Shown in pieces: positions 42,526-55,100 of a stretch of 64,000 bases of DNA (its first letter is position 1; the number at the start of each line of letters is the position of its first letter). Source of the DNA: Bugula neritina (lineage: Eukaryota > Animalia > Bryozoa); assembly GCA_964035545.1 (NCBI GenBank), contig OZ037771.1:14693133-14757132 (forward strand), in the 5' to 3' direction. The notes under the pieces were generated by a model that searched no databases, was not told where the DNA came from, and saw nothing but the letters and a program-made list of their open reading frames with translations. Position numbers and translations under genes: made by a program.

Positions 42526-42724
42526 AGTCACTATCCCTGTGAGAAACCCCTGATAGAAAGGGTTTTTGTTAAAGCGGGCTAAGGACTTATAATTTAAATG
42601 AGGCACAGGAGCAATTATGACTGGATGCTCTTCCTAACATCACCAATAGTCTTTGTCTGGGCTCGAACCCATGACCTTGTGTTCACCAGATAAAAACTCT
42701 AACCCCTAGACCACCTCTGCTTCC
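42526..42724 (-). mobile_element. tRNA-derived SINE, copy 3
   Basis: A box TGGTCTAGGGG (42713-42703) and B box GGTTCGAGCCC (42669-42659); homologous to the copy at 3443. Confidence 0.8.
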
Positions 42725-43129
42725 TTATTCATTTACATATACAAAATATAGACTTGTATACTTAAGAAAGGTTGGAATGATGCGATATATCTTTTAATGC
42801 TTTCTCCTAGTTATATTTTTCCTGCGATACACGATATGGTCGTGTTTTGATTCATGTATACAAAAATCTTCGTCTTTTCAAAGTATATCCATTCCTTTTT
42901 AAATAGCAAAGCGTAACAGCATGACGAGAACAAATATAGAAATGTGTGCGTAGCTAAGCGACCATATTGACTTTTGATCAAGTTATGGACTTTACATTTG
43001 TCTTTCAAAAAGGATATGAATGTACTTGTGAGCAACTGAATTAGTGATTACGGAAAGACTGTTATAATATTTTTATTATCAACTTGACAGTGTAACACAT
43101 TTTATCGGTCTCAAGCTGCAGGCCACAAA

Positions 43130-44193
43130 ATGGATTGCCTACTGACAGCGGTACATGCAGTAGCAAAGATTCTCAACATCATTACTCTCAAAATTGATCA
43201 AGAACATCATACCTACACTGTTGAACACCTGGGTGGTTACTTGCCAATGACCTTTGAAAAACATGACGAGAACTCCAACTGCCAGTACATCAGAGTCAGG
43301 TATAAAATATTTTTGGAGAAATTATTCAAGTTTGTTCATTAAAAAGACAATTATCCAATTGCCTTCTGGCTAAATTGGCCTTTTACCTCCTATAGCACTT
43401 TATCTCATCAGTTGAAAAATTCCAACTATATATATAGACATAATCACATAATATATAATGATGGTTATGATCTGTGCACTGTAAAGTGTCAATATATAAC
43501 ATTTATTACAAAATTTAAGAAAATATTATGGAAAAAAACATAATTTTTCTTCCGTTATACACATACATTATGTTAATTATGTCAATCTCAAGCCAATAAG
43601 GCCACGCAAAGAGGATGATTCAAAGTGTGCTTTGTAGAAGCCTTTAGCTGCCTGCTAGTCATTAACAAAACTAAAACCTCTTATACCGATTCTAGCTGCC
43701 TGTATTAGGTTTTACTACATTAAATGCAATCTAGCTTGTAATGCATTGAGTCGTTTTACATTGCTACTTTTGATAGTGTGCACTTATGTTGAAAAAGTAC
43801 ATATAACATGAGTGTGTTGTTTATTTCTATTTCTCCATTGGTTTTATTAATATACTGAGTAGAAATAAAGAAGTATCCCTGAAAACTTAAAAAAAATAAA
43901 AATAAAAATATGTTAGGCTACTTGGTTTTAAACTGCCAATGAAAATTATTGAGGTATTTTAATCAATAATTAACTATAATGTTAATAATAAATATATTAT
44001 AACCAGCATAAAGCCATAAAACACACAATTACTACAACACTTACAGAAGCCAAGGAACGGTGTGCCCCCTAGGTATTGAAATAACAGTAAAACGGAGCTG
44101 CACATGTGGAAAATTGTAAGTCTCCTATTGTGACTTTGTTTATATAAATTACTGGTATGGCCAACAATTTACTATAGCTGCCGTGCGCTACTG

Positions 44194-44226
<33 letters not shown>

Positions 44227-45005
44227 TGTGTGTGTGTGTGTGTGTGTGTGTCTGTGTGTGTGTGTGTGTGTGTCTGTGTGTTGTGTGTGTGTGTGTCTGT
44301 GTGTGTGTGTGTGTGTGTGTCTGTGTGTGTGTGTATCTGTGTGTGTGTCTGTGTGTGTGTCTGTGTGTGTGTGTCTGTGTGTGTGTGTGTGTGTCTGTGT
44401 GTGTGTGTCTGTGTGTGTGTGTGTGTCTGTGTGTGTCTGTGTGTGTATGTGTGTGTGCGTGTATGTGTGTGTGTGTATGTGTGTGTGCGTGTATGTGTGT
44501 GTGTGTGTCCGTGTGTGTGTGTGTGTGTGTCTGTGTGTTGTGTGTGTGTGTGTGTGTCTGTGTGTGTGTGTGTGTCTGTGTGTGTGTGTCTGTGTGTGTC
44601 TGTGTGTGTATGTGTGTGTGCGTGTATGTGTGTGTGTGTGTGTATGTGTGTGTGCGTGTATGTGTGTGTGTGTGCGCGCTATCTATAATTTAAGAAATTT
44701 TATTTAAAATCAATGCAGATGAATTTCTATTGAATTTCAGACTTTAGTCACATGCTGTTTGGATAAATAGAGAAACATTTTACAAGCAATATATAAGCTA
44801 ATATGACAGTTTGACTTACACTAACTGAGAAAGTAGAACATATACATATGAAATACTCCTTAGTTTAACAAATTCTATTTGTAGTCCAAATGGAGCTATT
44901 GAAATTCACTACAGCAAAGCATGCCGATGGGTCAGAGTTCAAGATATGATCAGCAAGAAAACATATTTATACAGACGGTGCTCTTGTCGGGAGCCTTATG
45001 ATTAA
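43130..45005 (+). CDS. Novel small His/Cys-rich protein B (119 aa), paralogue of A
   Basis: Exons 43130-43299, 44047-44115, 44885-45005 (both introns phase 2) give [119 protein letters not shown]. Confidence 0.82.
44195..44676. repeat. Interrupted (GT)n microsatellite in intron 2 of gene B
   Basis: About 480 bp of TG with CT/AT/CG interruptions. Confidence 0.97.
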
Positions 45006-47453
45006 ATTACTAGCTCAAAATTTGCATTTTAATCTGCATTTAATCTGCAAATTTTGCCTATATAAAACTAAATTGCAATTTTGTCAAAAATGTTTAGGTA
45101 GAGTGAATAAGTGAGGAAGACAGCGAATGGGTCTTCAATTATAAATTTTAATTTAGCTATAGCACCATATTATACACTACTATATGATATATATGAATGT
45201 ATATTATATATAGCATGTACATATACAGTACAATTTTACTAATGAATATGTAATAAATGTAAATAGTGTGTACATATGCTATGATACACATGTATAAGGT
45301 GTGGGATCGCTACTTTCCTTATATACACTTCAAAACACAAGGTCATGCAGCATATTGTAAGGTCGTTGCAATATAAATAATAATATTGCTGTTATATAAT
45401 ATGTGCATGCTTATTACAAAAATAATTAGATAGTCAACTACACTGTGGTACCTCCTATGGGAACACAACTCCTTGAAGCTTTCAAATAATTATCTATAAA
45501 CAACAGATACACGCGACACAGTTACAGTACCAGCAGTTGTATATGACAATTTCCTTTAGACCTTTAGACAATTGTTCTACAATCTATCAGTGTTGGCAGG
45601 CAGGCAGACCCTTCCTTACTAACCTCAGCTAGCAACAGAGAACTTGTATAATTCTTTAGGATTTCAGAGTCGGCATGGTCTTACTTAATTAGTGCAGATT
45701 CTACATTGTGACAAATGAGTCAATGTTGCATAACTGCAATCTTTATATTTTCTTTGCATGCCCTTGGCTGGACATATATTACATGGCACTGCTTCCAGTC
45801 TAAGGCTAGGCTTAGAACATGCCGAATTCTCATTTTTATCATATGCTGACTCTGAAGGCATATCTGCAAAACTCAAGTCAGCACATATAGCTGCCTTCAC
45901 AGTGCAACTCAACATTGTTAATGCACCTTATACAACGTACATCTAGACCAGTTCTATGAAGTGTAAGTAACTCCAAATTATACCACACTCATTCCTAAAA
46001 GGCTTTTATTTATCTTGTTCTTGTTGATTAGATTTTTCAAAGAACTCAGCTTTAAATATTTTACTTATATTTTTTCTATATATATTATTATTCTAAAGTA
46101 TATGTCTGGGCAAAATTTAAAGCATACATATATATTGATGTGTTATTTGTAAAAGGACACCAGGCAACAAATGGCAACTATATAGTTTATGCTGCCAAAA
46201 ACTAAAATAATGTAAATAAAAGAGTATAAGAAGTTTGAAAAATAAAATTTAGCACTTGTTGCTATATAGTAAGGCCTGTAAGTAGCCTTATATCCAAAGA
46301 AAAAACACTGAACTATCAAGCTGATAGCTCAGACATTAATCATGCATGTGCAGCAACGCAGAAATTTTACAATATTTTCTTCATATGATTTTTGGTTTGG
46401 GCCGTCTGTTGAAACTTCCGATAGTGAGAACATAATATATACATATAACATAGGCTATTCCCAATATATGTCCATCACTGCACCTATACCTCTATTTTAA
46501 CTTGTGCAACATTTGAGAGATCAAGGAAGGATAATCTGTATGAAAATTCTAGCACTGCAGTTTATTTCTGCACATTATTTAGATATCCTGGTGGCTATGT
46601 AATGTATGTTAGTATTAATAAATGTACATACATTATGTTGCAGCTCATTATTGACTTGGTTGTGAAAGTATGGTTTTTCTGTTTGTGGGTGTTGCACAAG
46701 TTTTATAACAGCCCAACTGTGTCAATATTTAGAGGGTGTAAGTTAATATGCTGTGACTGTAAACACGTTAAAGTTTACTTTATTACAAACTTGCACGAAT
46801 ACGATGACTTATACTTCCAAATAACCCAGTATTGGCATAATATTATACTGGGTGCATAGCTTGCAACTGGGTAGATTAAGTTAGACTAGGAAATCTAATT
46901 TGAGGTATGAAATACCTATGGGTCAGCACAAAGGTACTGGTCTCACCAGTTACACCCACGCACAGCTAGAAACCTGGGCTATAAGAGAAATAGTCTAAGT
47001 ATTTATTGCATAGCCTGGAACTTTATTGAAAGTATTTAATTGAGCATTCAAAAGACAATAGCAGTATTATTGTCTTTGACATTAGAGCAATGCAATCAAT
47101 AAACTTGTAATACAAAAATATGAATAGATAACATAACAAAGAATGAAACTATCAGTGCACTTGGGACCAGCTTTCTATAATCCATTCACAATGGAATAGC
47201 AGAGACCTGGAGAAATAGCTAAATGTGATTTTAATGACCAGCTAGTATAAAGTATTACACATTCAAAGTTGCACAATATGCCAGATCAATGCTACAGGTG
47301 GATGGTTTGTCTTGATAGTTAGCAAATAAAACAAGTTGGACATGAGATGTCTTTGGTATATAGCTGAGAGAACACTCTAAGAAACTTTCAAGCTAAGAAA
47401 AACAGAAAAATAAAGATTGGTGGCATTAAAACTACTAACAATAATTAAAATAA

Positions 47454-47497
<44 letters not shown>

Positions 47498-47810
47498 CCA
47501 GCAGCAGTAGTAGTAGTAGTAATACTAGTAGCAGTACTAGTAGTAGTAGCAGTAGCAGTAGAAGTACTAGTAGTTGTAGTAGTAGTAGTAGTAGCAGTAG
47601 CAGTAGTAGTATAGTAGTAGCAATAGTAGTAGTAGTAGCAGTAGCAGTAGTAGTATAGTAGTAGCAATAGTAGTAGTAGTAGTAGTACTAGTAGTAGCAA
47701 CAGTAGTAGTAGTAGTAGTAGTAGTAGCAACAGTAGTAGTAGTAGCAGTAGCAGTAGTAGTATAGTAGTAGCAACAGTAGTAGTAGTAGCAGTAGTAGTA
47801 GTAGTAGCAG
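47454..47810. repeat. (AGT/AGC)n trinucleotide repeat downstream of the PACRGL stop
   Basis: Read directly from the sequence. Confidence 0.95.
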
Positions 47811-47968
47811 CGAAACTATCTAATTTCTTAAAACTAACTATTGAAGCATTATTTAAGCCCATGACTCCAGCACAGTAAATACATACACAAGAATATATAC
47901 TATTACACTATATCACAATAATATAGCATCAAATAAATACAAGTTGCACCGAGGAAAGCTAGAAAATA

Positions 47969-50264
47969 TCAACCAACTATAATAGAGTTATAAGTTGGTA
48001 TTTTAAACTTGATAATGGCGGTTGCTTCGCGACCCCCATTGATCTCTGTCGTCTGCAGAACTTTGATAATATGATCTCTAAATGCGGAGTCGTTGAGGCG
48101 CTTAGACATGGGCACTAGAAACTGTTTCAAATGCTGATTCAAAGACTGAGCTACGGCAGCACTCAAAGCTGCCAGTACCTCCAGACCCCCTTCAAACACC
48201 TGCGGAACAGTCAGTAAGACTACATGAATAAACTCACGCGGACATTGTGAGCAGACTTAGCCATATGGTCTACTCATGCAGTATTTTAGTTAACTTGTTC
48301 TCTAAACCAAGTTAAATACATGCAATATAGAAATTAAATAACATTCAAGTTGAAAATGATCAAAACCACTTTTTGCTTATTTCACAAAAACTATTGCACT
48401 ACAGTTTTGAATAAACTCGAAATATTGCAAAGAATAAAAAGGAATAAATGAAATTTCACTCTCAACACTGGTTGTATTACATTTTGATACGAAAGAAGCT
48501 GTTTTGTATTCAACATGCAAGTGTCAAGCTTTTTAATGTCATATAAAATGCTGAAGGAATTCTTGTTTCTTTACATACATAGTTTAGCTAAGCACTGAAT
48601 AATGAAGAAGGGAGAAGATGCCATAGCCTGAGTACCTTATTGTCTGAATGAGAGAGGGCGGCCCGTATTGGCCCCACAACCTTGGCCAGGACAGGTAAAG
48701 TACTAGGACCAGCGGTGGGTAGATTCATTAGCTCGATGAATCCCTGTCGAGCCACAAACGAGTAGGGGTGGACGGTTTCCTTCAGCCCCTCCGCCAGGGT
48801 CACTAGAAGGGGGTCAAAGCTGGCCTGGTCAATCGGCGGGTTCCATGATAACGTGTTCTTCACAGAGCCGTGTACCAGTCTAATCACAAAAATCAAAGAC
48901 TAATTGATTCAGACACAAACTGTCATTCTAATCGATTAGACAGAATCAATAAGTCTGGTTGAATGAATTGAATATTGAATAATAACTCTAGTCTCACTCT
49001 GGCTGAGGTCATAGAGTTCATTGTGAGAGATTTACAAGCTTAGATGTAACTGCAAACAAGCAGCGATCTCACAGGTAACAAAGTAACAGCTACTATCACA
49101 CTACTACTAGACTTTCAAGAATATAAAGCACACATTAGTTATAAATCTTTATTTAGACTGTACAAATGTAAGGCTAACACTTATTAATTGTCTAACAACT
49201 ATAAATTAGCTGCCAAATGATGACAAAACACTGATTCATTGGCATAAATACAAGTATGGCTGACTAATTTTACATCAAACAAGTGAAATTTGCAAATATT
49301 GCCAGTCGCCAATTCCTATAATCAATTTCAGAGTTTCTAAACTGAAATCTCTTTGCAACTGACTTTTTCTAACGTCAAACAGCAAATGAAGAAATCACGT
49401 GAGACAACTTAAAAAGTACAACCTAAATGTGCGATGATGTAGCAGTTGCCGTAAAAGAATACCTGCAAGGGATGCCGCCATTGCGGTAGACTGACACAAA
49501 CGCCGATGCATTCTTACTATCGCTGAAAGGGTCGCATGTTTTAGGGTTCAGCTTATCTGACGGACGAATAGGACGTCCCGAGTCTGAGCTGGCTGAAGAT
49601 GGCTTTGATTTTACACCTTGAAAAGTAGAACTGCAGTTGAGAGATGCCAATTGAACAAATGCAAAATGAAAGTATAAGGGTTATCTTACTTAATTTAGTA
49701 CAAACTCAACATCTCTAGTTTTTGGCTATTTTTCATAATTCAGCAGCTAATGTAATGTATATGTTTTTTTGCACTAAACAAATAAGACATTAACAAATAC
49801 AACAAGATAATCAAGGTTATTTTTAATTCTGCTTGCTTTGATTTTTTAGTAAAAAGTAGCAGATATCTGTGATGATTTTTTTGAATCGCAATCCGTGTAT
49901 ATATAATTTAGCTCGTGTGACAATGGTGCGGCGCTTCAATGTTGCAGGATTCCGTTCCAAGTCTTCTTTTGCTATGCATATTTAGAATCAGCACATGAAA
50001 TACTTCATATAGTAAATTTTTATGAATTTTGAGTATAAATTTAATTCTTGGTCCAAATTTGCTGAAGAGTACTGAAAAAGTAAAATGATCCTCGTAATTC
50101 ATTATAAAATTATGTTGGAAAGACTGGAAGTAGTGTTTTTTACCGCTGCTAGCCGAGGAAGGTTTACTTCTGATGTCACTACTAGCAGAGCAGGCAGAAG
50201 ACGGCTTAGACCTGGTACCACCACTTCCTGCTCGGGAGGAGCCGGCACTAGATGATTTCTTCAT
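47969..50264 (-). CDS. PACRGL: PACRG-like protein, 249 aa, 4 coding exons
   Basis: Exons 50264-50144, 49616-49463, 48879-48636, 48199-47969. Motifs PSDKLNPKT.DPF, YRNGGIPCRLVHGSVK, FDPLLVTLAEGLKETVHPYSFVA, IKFKIPTYNS. Confidence 0.93.
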
Positions 50265-50295
50265 GGATACACCATTCCATTAGCGACGTGCAACA

Positions 50296-50392
50296 CCGAG
50301 TGTAGAGTGGCACTGAGCGTAGAGTAACACTGAGTGTAGAGTACTACTGAGTGTAGAGTACTACTGAGTGTAGAGTACCACTGGGTGTAGAG
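50296..50392. repeat. 17-bp minisatellite in the probable PACRGL 5' UTR
   Basis: Unit CTGAGTGTAGAGTACYA, ~6 copies, between the ATG and a minus-strand acceptor near 50417. Confidence 0.8.
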
Positions 50393-52198
50393 AGAGGTTA
50401 CTAGTTACGGTTGACACTAGAAAAAATAAGCAGAATTAATCAAAAGCCAAGCAATTCAGGCTCAACTTGCACTGTTTCAATAATTCCCAGTGGTCAGTTA
50501 CTGAAATGATGAAGCAGATATTTGCAGGTAATTTAAGCAAATTTAGCAAAAATTAAAAAAGCTTGTTTAGGTGGCACTCTAAATTTCAAATATTCAGATA
50601 AGGAGATACCAATATTTGTAGTTTAAGAATAACTGTAACATAAATCTAAGTGCAGCATCTCGCTAATACTAAAACTAGTATTTATAGTGAACTTATTTGT
50701 AATTCACTCACTGAACTTAAGACATAAGTAATCATATTCATATCAAGTAATAGCTAATACACGGATACATATTAGAAATTGAAATTATATTACTATTATG
50801 ATAATCAGTATTACTTACTATCAATATTAACATATTTAATTCTAAACTAATAAATGATTAGAAACAGAAAATTTTAAGAATTACTTAACAAGTAATATTT
50901 GAACAAATAATTGAAGTCACCGAAACCTTCAAATTGTGTAAATTTAATACTCATACTTATATTCAAAGTAATTCCCTTTCACATTTAGTAATCAAAGTTA
51001 TATTTACACTAAATCTAATAGCAATCGTAATTATCAGTGTTCTAAAAGTAAATCTAATACCATCAACTAATAGTATTAGTATTGCTCCTGTGCCCCATCT
51101 GAATAAGTCTTTAGCCTGATTTAACAAAAAACCTTTCCCTCAGAGAGTTCTCAATGAGAGAGTGACTATAAACTTGCGTAAGTTTATAACAAGGGTTGAA
51201 TCTGAATGTCAGAGTGAAATACCTGCCCAGTTGTACAAAGATAAAGAAAAATCATGTTTCTTACAGGGATGGCGAGTGCGTGAGTTTTATTAGTAATATT
51301 ATTAGTATTACCATTAGTATTACAATTAGTTATTTAGTAGAACTAATAGCTATTACTATTAGTATTATTATTAGTGTTACTATTACTATTAGTATTACTA
51401 TTACTATTAGTATTAGCATTACCGGTACTTTACTACTACTAAGTACTATTAGACTTAGTATTAGTATTACTATTAGTATTAGTATTACACTATGAACAGC
51501 AGACAACAGTATTAGTATCACTATGTGAATGTCTAACTGGCCAACTTTATTAGCTTTACCTCTAGTTTTACTTAGACTTAGATCAATTTAAACTAAAACT
51601 TAAAGTGAATTATCAATTAATATTAATTACAATTATTAAATTTTAATTTAATCATTAATCCTAATGAAAACATCAAGTTCGTCTATAATAATATTAATAA
51701 TAATATTCATACTAGTTTTAACAAAATATATTGAAAATTTATGTATACGAAAACATTAAATAAAATAAATTCATTAAACAAAGCTAAGACTAAGAACAAG
51801 TGCATTTACTCTGTCTGCGATCACACTTTGTCACCAGATACTAACCAAATGAAATGCGAATATTACGGATGTTTGCCTGTAGGAGAAGTTGCAACAGTTT
51901 AATCGCTACAATGCTGAATGTTTATGTCGAGGGGCTCCCTTTCCTCCTCGCTTTGAAACAATCAGTTCTCGCGGAACAAAACAGTTAGAAGAAGAAATAT
52001 GATTCGCCTTATGTGTATATCACAAAGATACAACGTTATTACCTATTGGCTTAATAGCTATACAGGAAACTCGGAAATTGAGGTCGGAAATAATCATCTG
52101 ACGCGTTTATGCTGTAGATTTTAGCAAGTTTTTTTTCATTTAACTGTCCACTAGGCACGCTTTTTCAAATTGTTGAACTCAAATTGTTAAAGCCCAAT

Positions 52199-55100
52199 AT
52201 GGCAGACTCACCTCACGAAAGTGAGCGTGAAGATGAGCAGCAGGCCACTCATGTGGATTTGGCAAAGATGAAAAAGTACATTAGAAAAATTACGCTAATG
52301 TTCTTTGACGATGACGACTTTTTGGACACCCAAAAACCTTTAGACACTGCTTTGTCTGATCCTGCAAATAATGAATTTATTAAAAGATTTATCAGCGATT
52401 CTCAGATTCGAGCAATTGTTGTCAGAGGCTCTACAAACAAAGGTACTAGTCAACTCAACTTGAACCTGAAGTTTGTTGAGCTTGAATTTAAAACGGCCGA
52501 TCATCGAAATCAAACTGAAATAAAAATCAATCTCATTCATGATTCATAATATCAGCATGTCAAAATTTCTTTGAATATGCATTTTACGTTAACATTAAAA
52601 TTGTTTAACTTCAATTTAAGGTTTTAAATTGATTAATTTGATGTACAAAAAAATTATAATTATTGGCTCATCAGTCATCATGATGATTGATCATAGTACT
52701 AGCTGTAATCAATAGTTGAGTAATGCCAGTGGGTTATTCCCTGTGGCTAAATGCTTATGATTTGCTACTCTAATTTTTAATTGAAACCTATACATGTGTT
52801 TTTGACTAAAACAATTGGAAATGTTATTTATAGATGATGAGGAAGAAGGGGAAAAGGTTTCCGTCACATTTGACATCAGTTTAGATATTGCTTACACTGG
52901 ATCTAAAACTTCTGGGTAAACATTTATCGCCACTTGTGGATGCTCAAAGGCCGCTTAAATTACTGTTTTGTAATTTTAGCATTTTATATGTTACAAGTAG
53001 TATAGTTACAAGTTTTTGCTATGTTTCTTTAACTTGCAAGCACTAGAGAGGCAAGTAATAGTAAAACAAGATAGCAGATATCAGAATGCATTCAGTTTGA
53101 ATAATATGTAAGATTGTTTTTATATTCCAATGCAACTTTTAACTGTTTTGCAATTTGATGAAACTTGCTTGTTACAGAGTGGTGTTCTGTAAGTTTTTCC
53201 CGGTGGTTGAAGCAGACAAGAGTATCACCAGTCAGCTGTCTGTCCACCAAGTTAATGCTGGATCACCGTACCAGTACTTTCACACGTTTGTCAGTTCCAC
53301 CATGTCTCCCTACTTCAAATCCTTTATCAAGGATTCTGGAAGAACTACGAGGTAGATGTGATGAGGTTATGCTAGATGTTTCTTTTCTAATTGTATATTT
53401 CTGTTTACTAGACTGCCAGTTACACTTATCATTTAACCTAAACACGAGATTGAGACCTTTATGTCATTGTGTTTTTCTCAGTCTATAGCAGAACTCTTGC
53501 GAACTGTGCAAACGTTGCAGAAATTTCCTGAAAGAAAGACAAGCATTAGTGTTGATTTTGTTTATAATCATAACTTGCTGGCACGACTGAAAATTTCCAA
53601 ACAATTTTAAAGGTCTCCTGCCATGCATTACGGACTCTGTCATTGGCAATCTTGAGATTTACTTGTTGTAATCATCATGTTGTCCTGTAAAAAATAAATT
53701 CTACAACCAACCTAAAAGAAATTTTGGAGAGAATATTTTATACTATTTTGTATATTTTAATATAAACCTTGTCAATTTAATGAAGCTAACCAATCTGCAC
53801 TCTTGTTTTCAACACATGATACTGTACTTTGTATGCACTTATGCTACTACCACTGTTACTGCTTACTACTTACTACTTAGTACTAAGTTGATACCTTATG
53901 AATATCCTATTTTACTCTACCTTGTTTTACTCCACCTTGATGTCTCCTGTCTTACCTTATTCTGCTCCACCTTGATGTCTCCCGTTTTACCTTGTTCTAC
54001 TCTACTCCATATCTGACTGCAGAGATAATGAGCAGATGGTTCTCCCTGTTGAAAAGAAGATCTCTGAGTTAGAGATGGGACTTTTGCACCTGCAGCAGAA
54101 TATTGGTATTCCTGAAATAAACCTGGTTATACATCCTACAGTAGCTCAGGTATTGTACTGTATTTAAATAAATATTAATAGTCTCAGATATTGTACTGTA
54201 TTTAAATATATAATAGTGTGAAGTTGTGTACAAGTTGTATTGTAAAGCTATACATTGTACTTCAGATAATGTAACAGGCATAACATTATATTTACGCACT
54301 TGTTTAGCAAATCAAAGCTGCTGTTGAAAATAACCGTAAAGCCAAAGTTGCTGACTTTGGGAGTTCCATTGAAGATGCTCAGTTCCTTAATGCTCTGCAG
54401 TCTGGTGTTACTCGGTGGATTCGAGAGATCCAGAAGGTCTGTATGTATACACAGTATATAGTATATAGTACATAGTATAGTATAGTATATGATACATAGT
54501 ACGGTATATAGTATACTGTTTACATGGAAACCTTGTCAGTATAGTATCATGCTACCTTAATCCATGATGTTTACCCGTAACCAGGTGACCAAACTAGACC
54601 GGGATCCATCTTCTGGCACAGCCCTGCAGGAGATCAGCTTCTGGCTGAACCTAGAGCGAGCTCTCATCAGAATACAGGAAAAGAGGGACGCCCCTGAAAT
54701 CACCCTCACTCTAGAAATACTCAAACACGCCAAGAGATTTCACGCTACACTCAGCTTCGACACTGATACTGGTATGTACTAACACACAGGAAGTACCTTG
54801 TAGTCTTCAATGAGTCTTACTATTACTCTGAGTCTAGAATTCTTATTGTTTATTAGAAATATGCTTTTAGACCAGCTTTATTCAAATGCTCAAGTGTTTC
54901 ACTGTTTAGTAACTCAGAACACTGCATGAGCACATTTTATGTCAACAGAATAATTTGGTGAAAGAAGTGAGGTTGCTAACGCTCCTTTGCCCTGAGTTTG
55001 TATAATAAAATGTCATCAGATCAAACACTGTCTTCATTTACTATTGCTATGGTAATTGTTGCTATGACTGCTGTTGCTATGATGACTGTTGCTATGACAA

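Noticed and set aside
44194-44707. Poly-(CV) ORFs in three frames
   Set aside because: Translation of a (GT)n microsatellite inside an intron.
47377-47862. Poly-Leu/Thr/Val ORFs
   Set aside because: Trinucleotide repeat with no splice or homology support.
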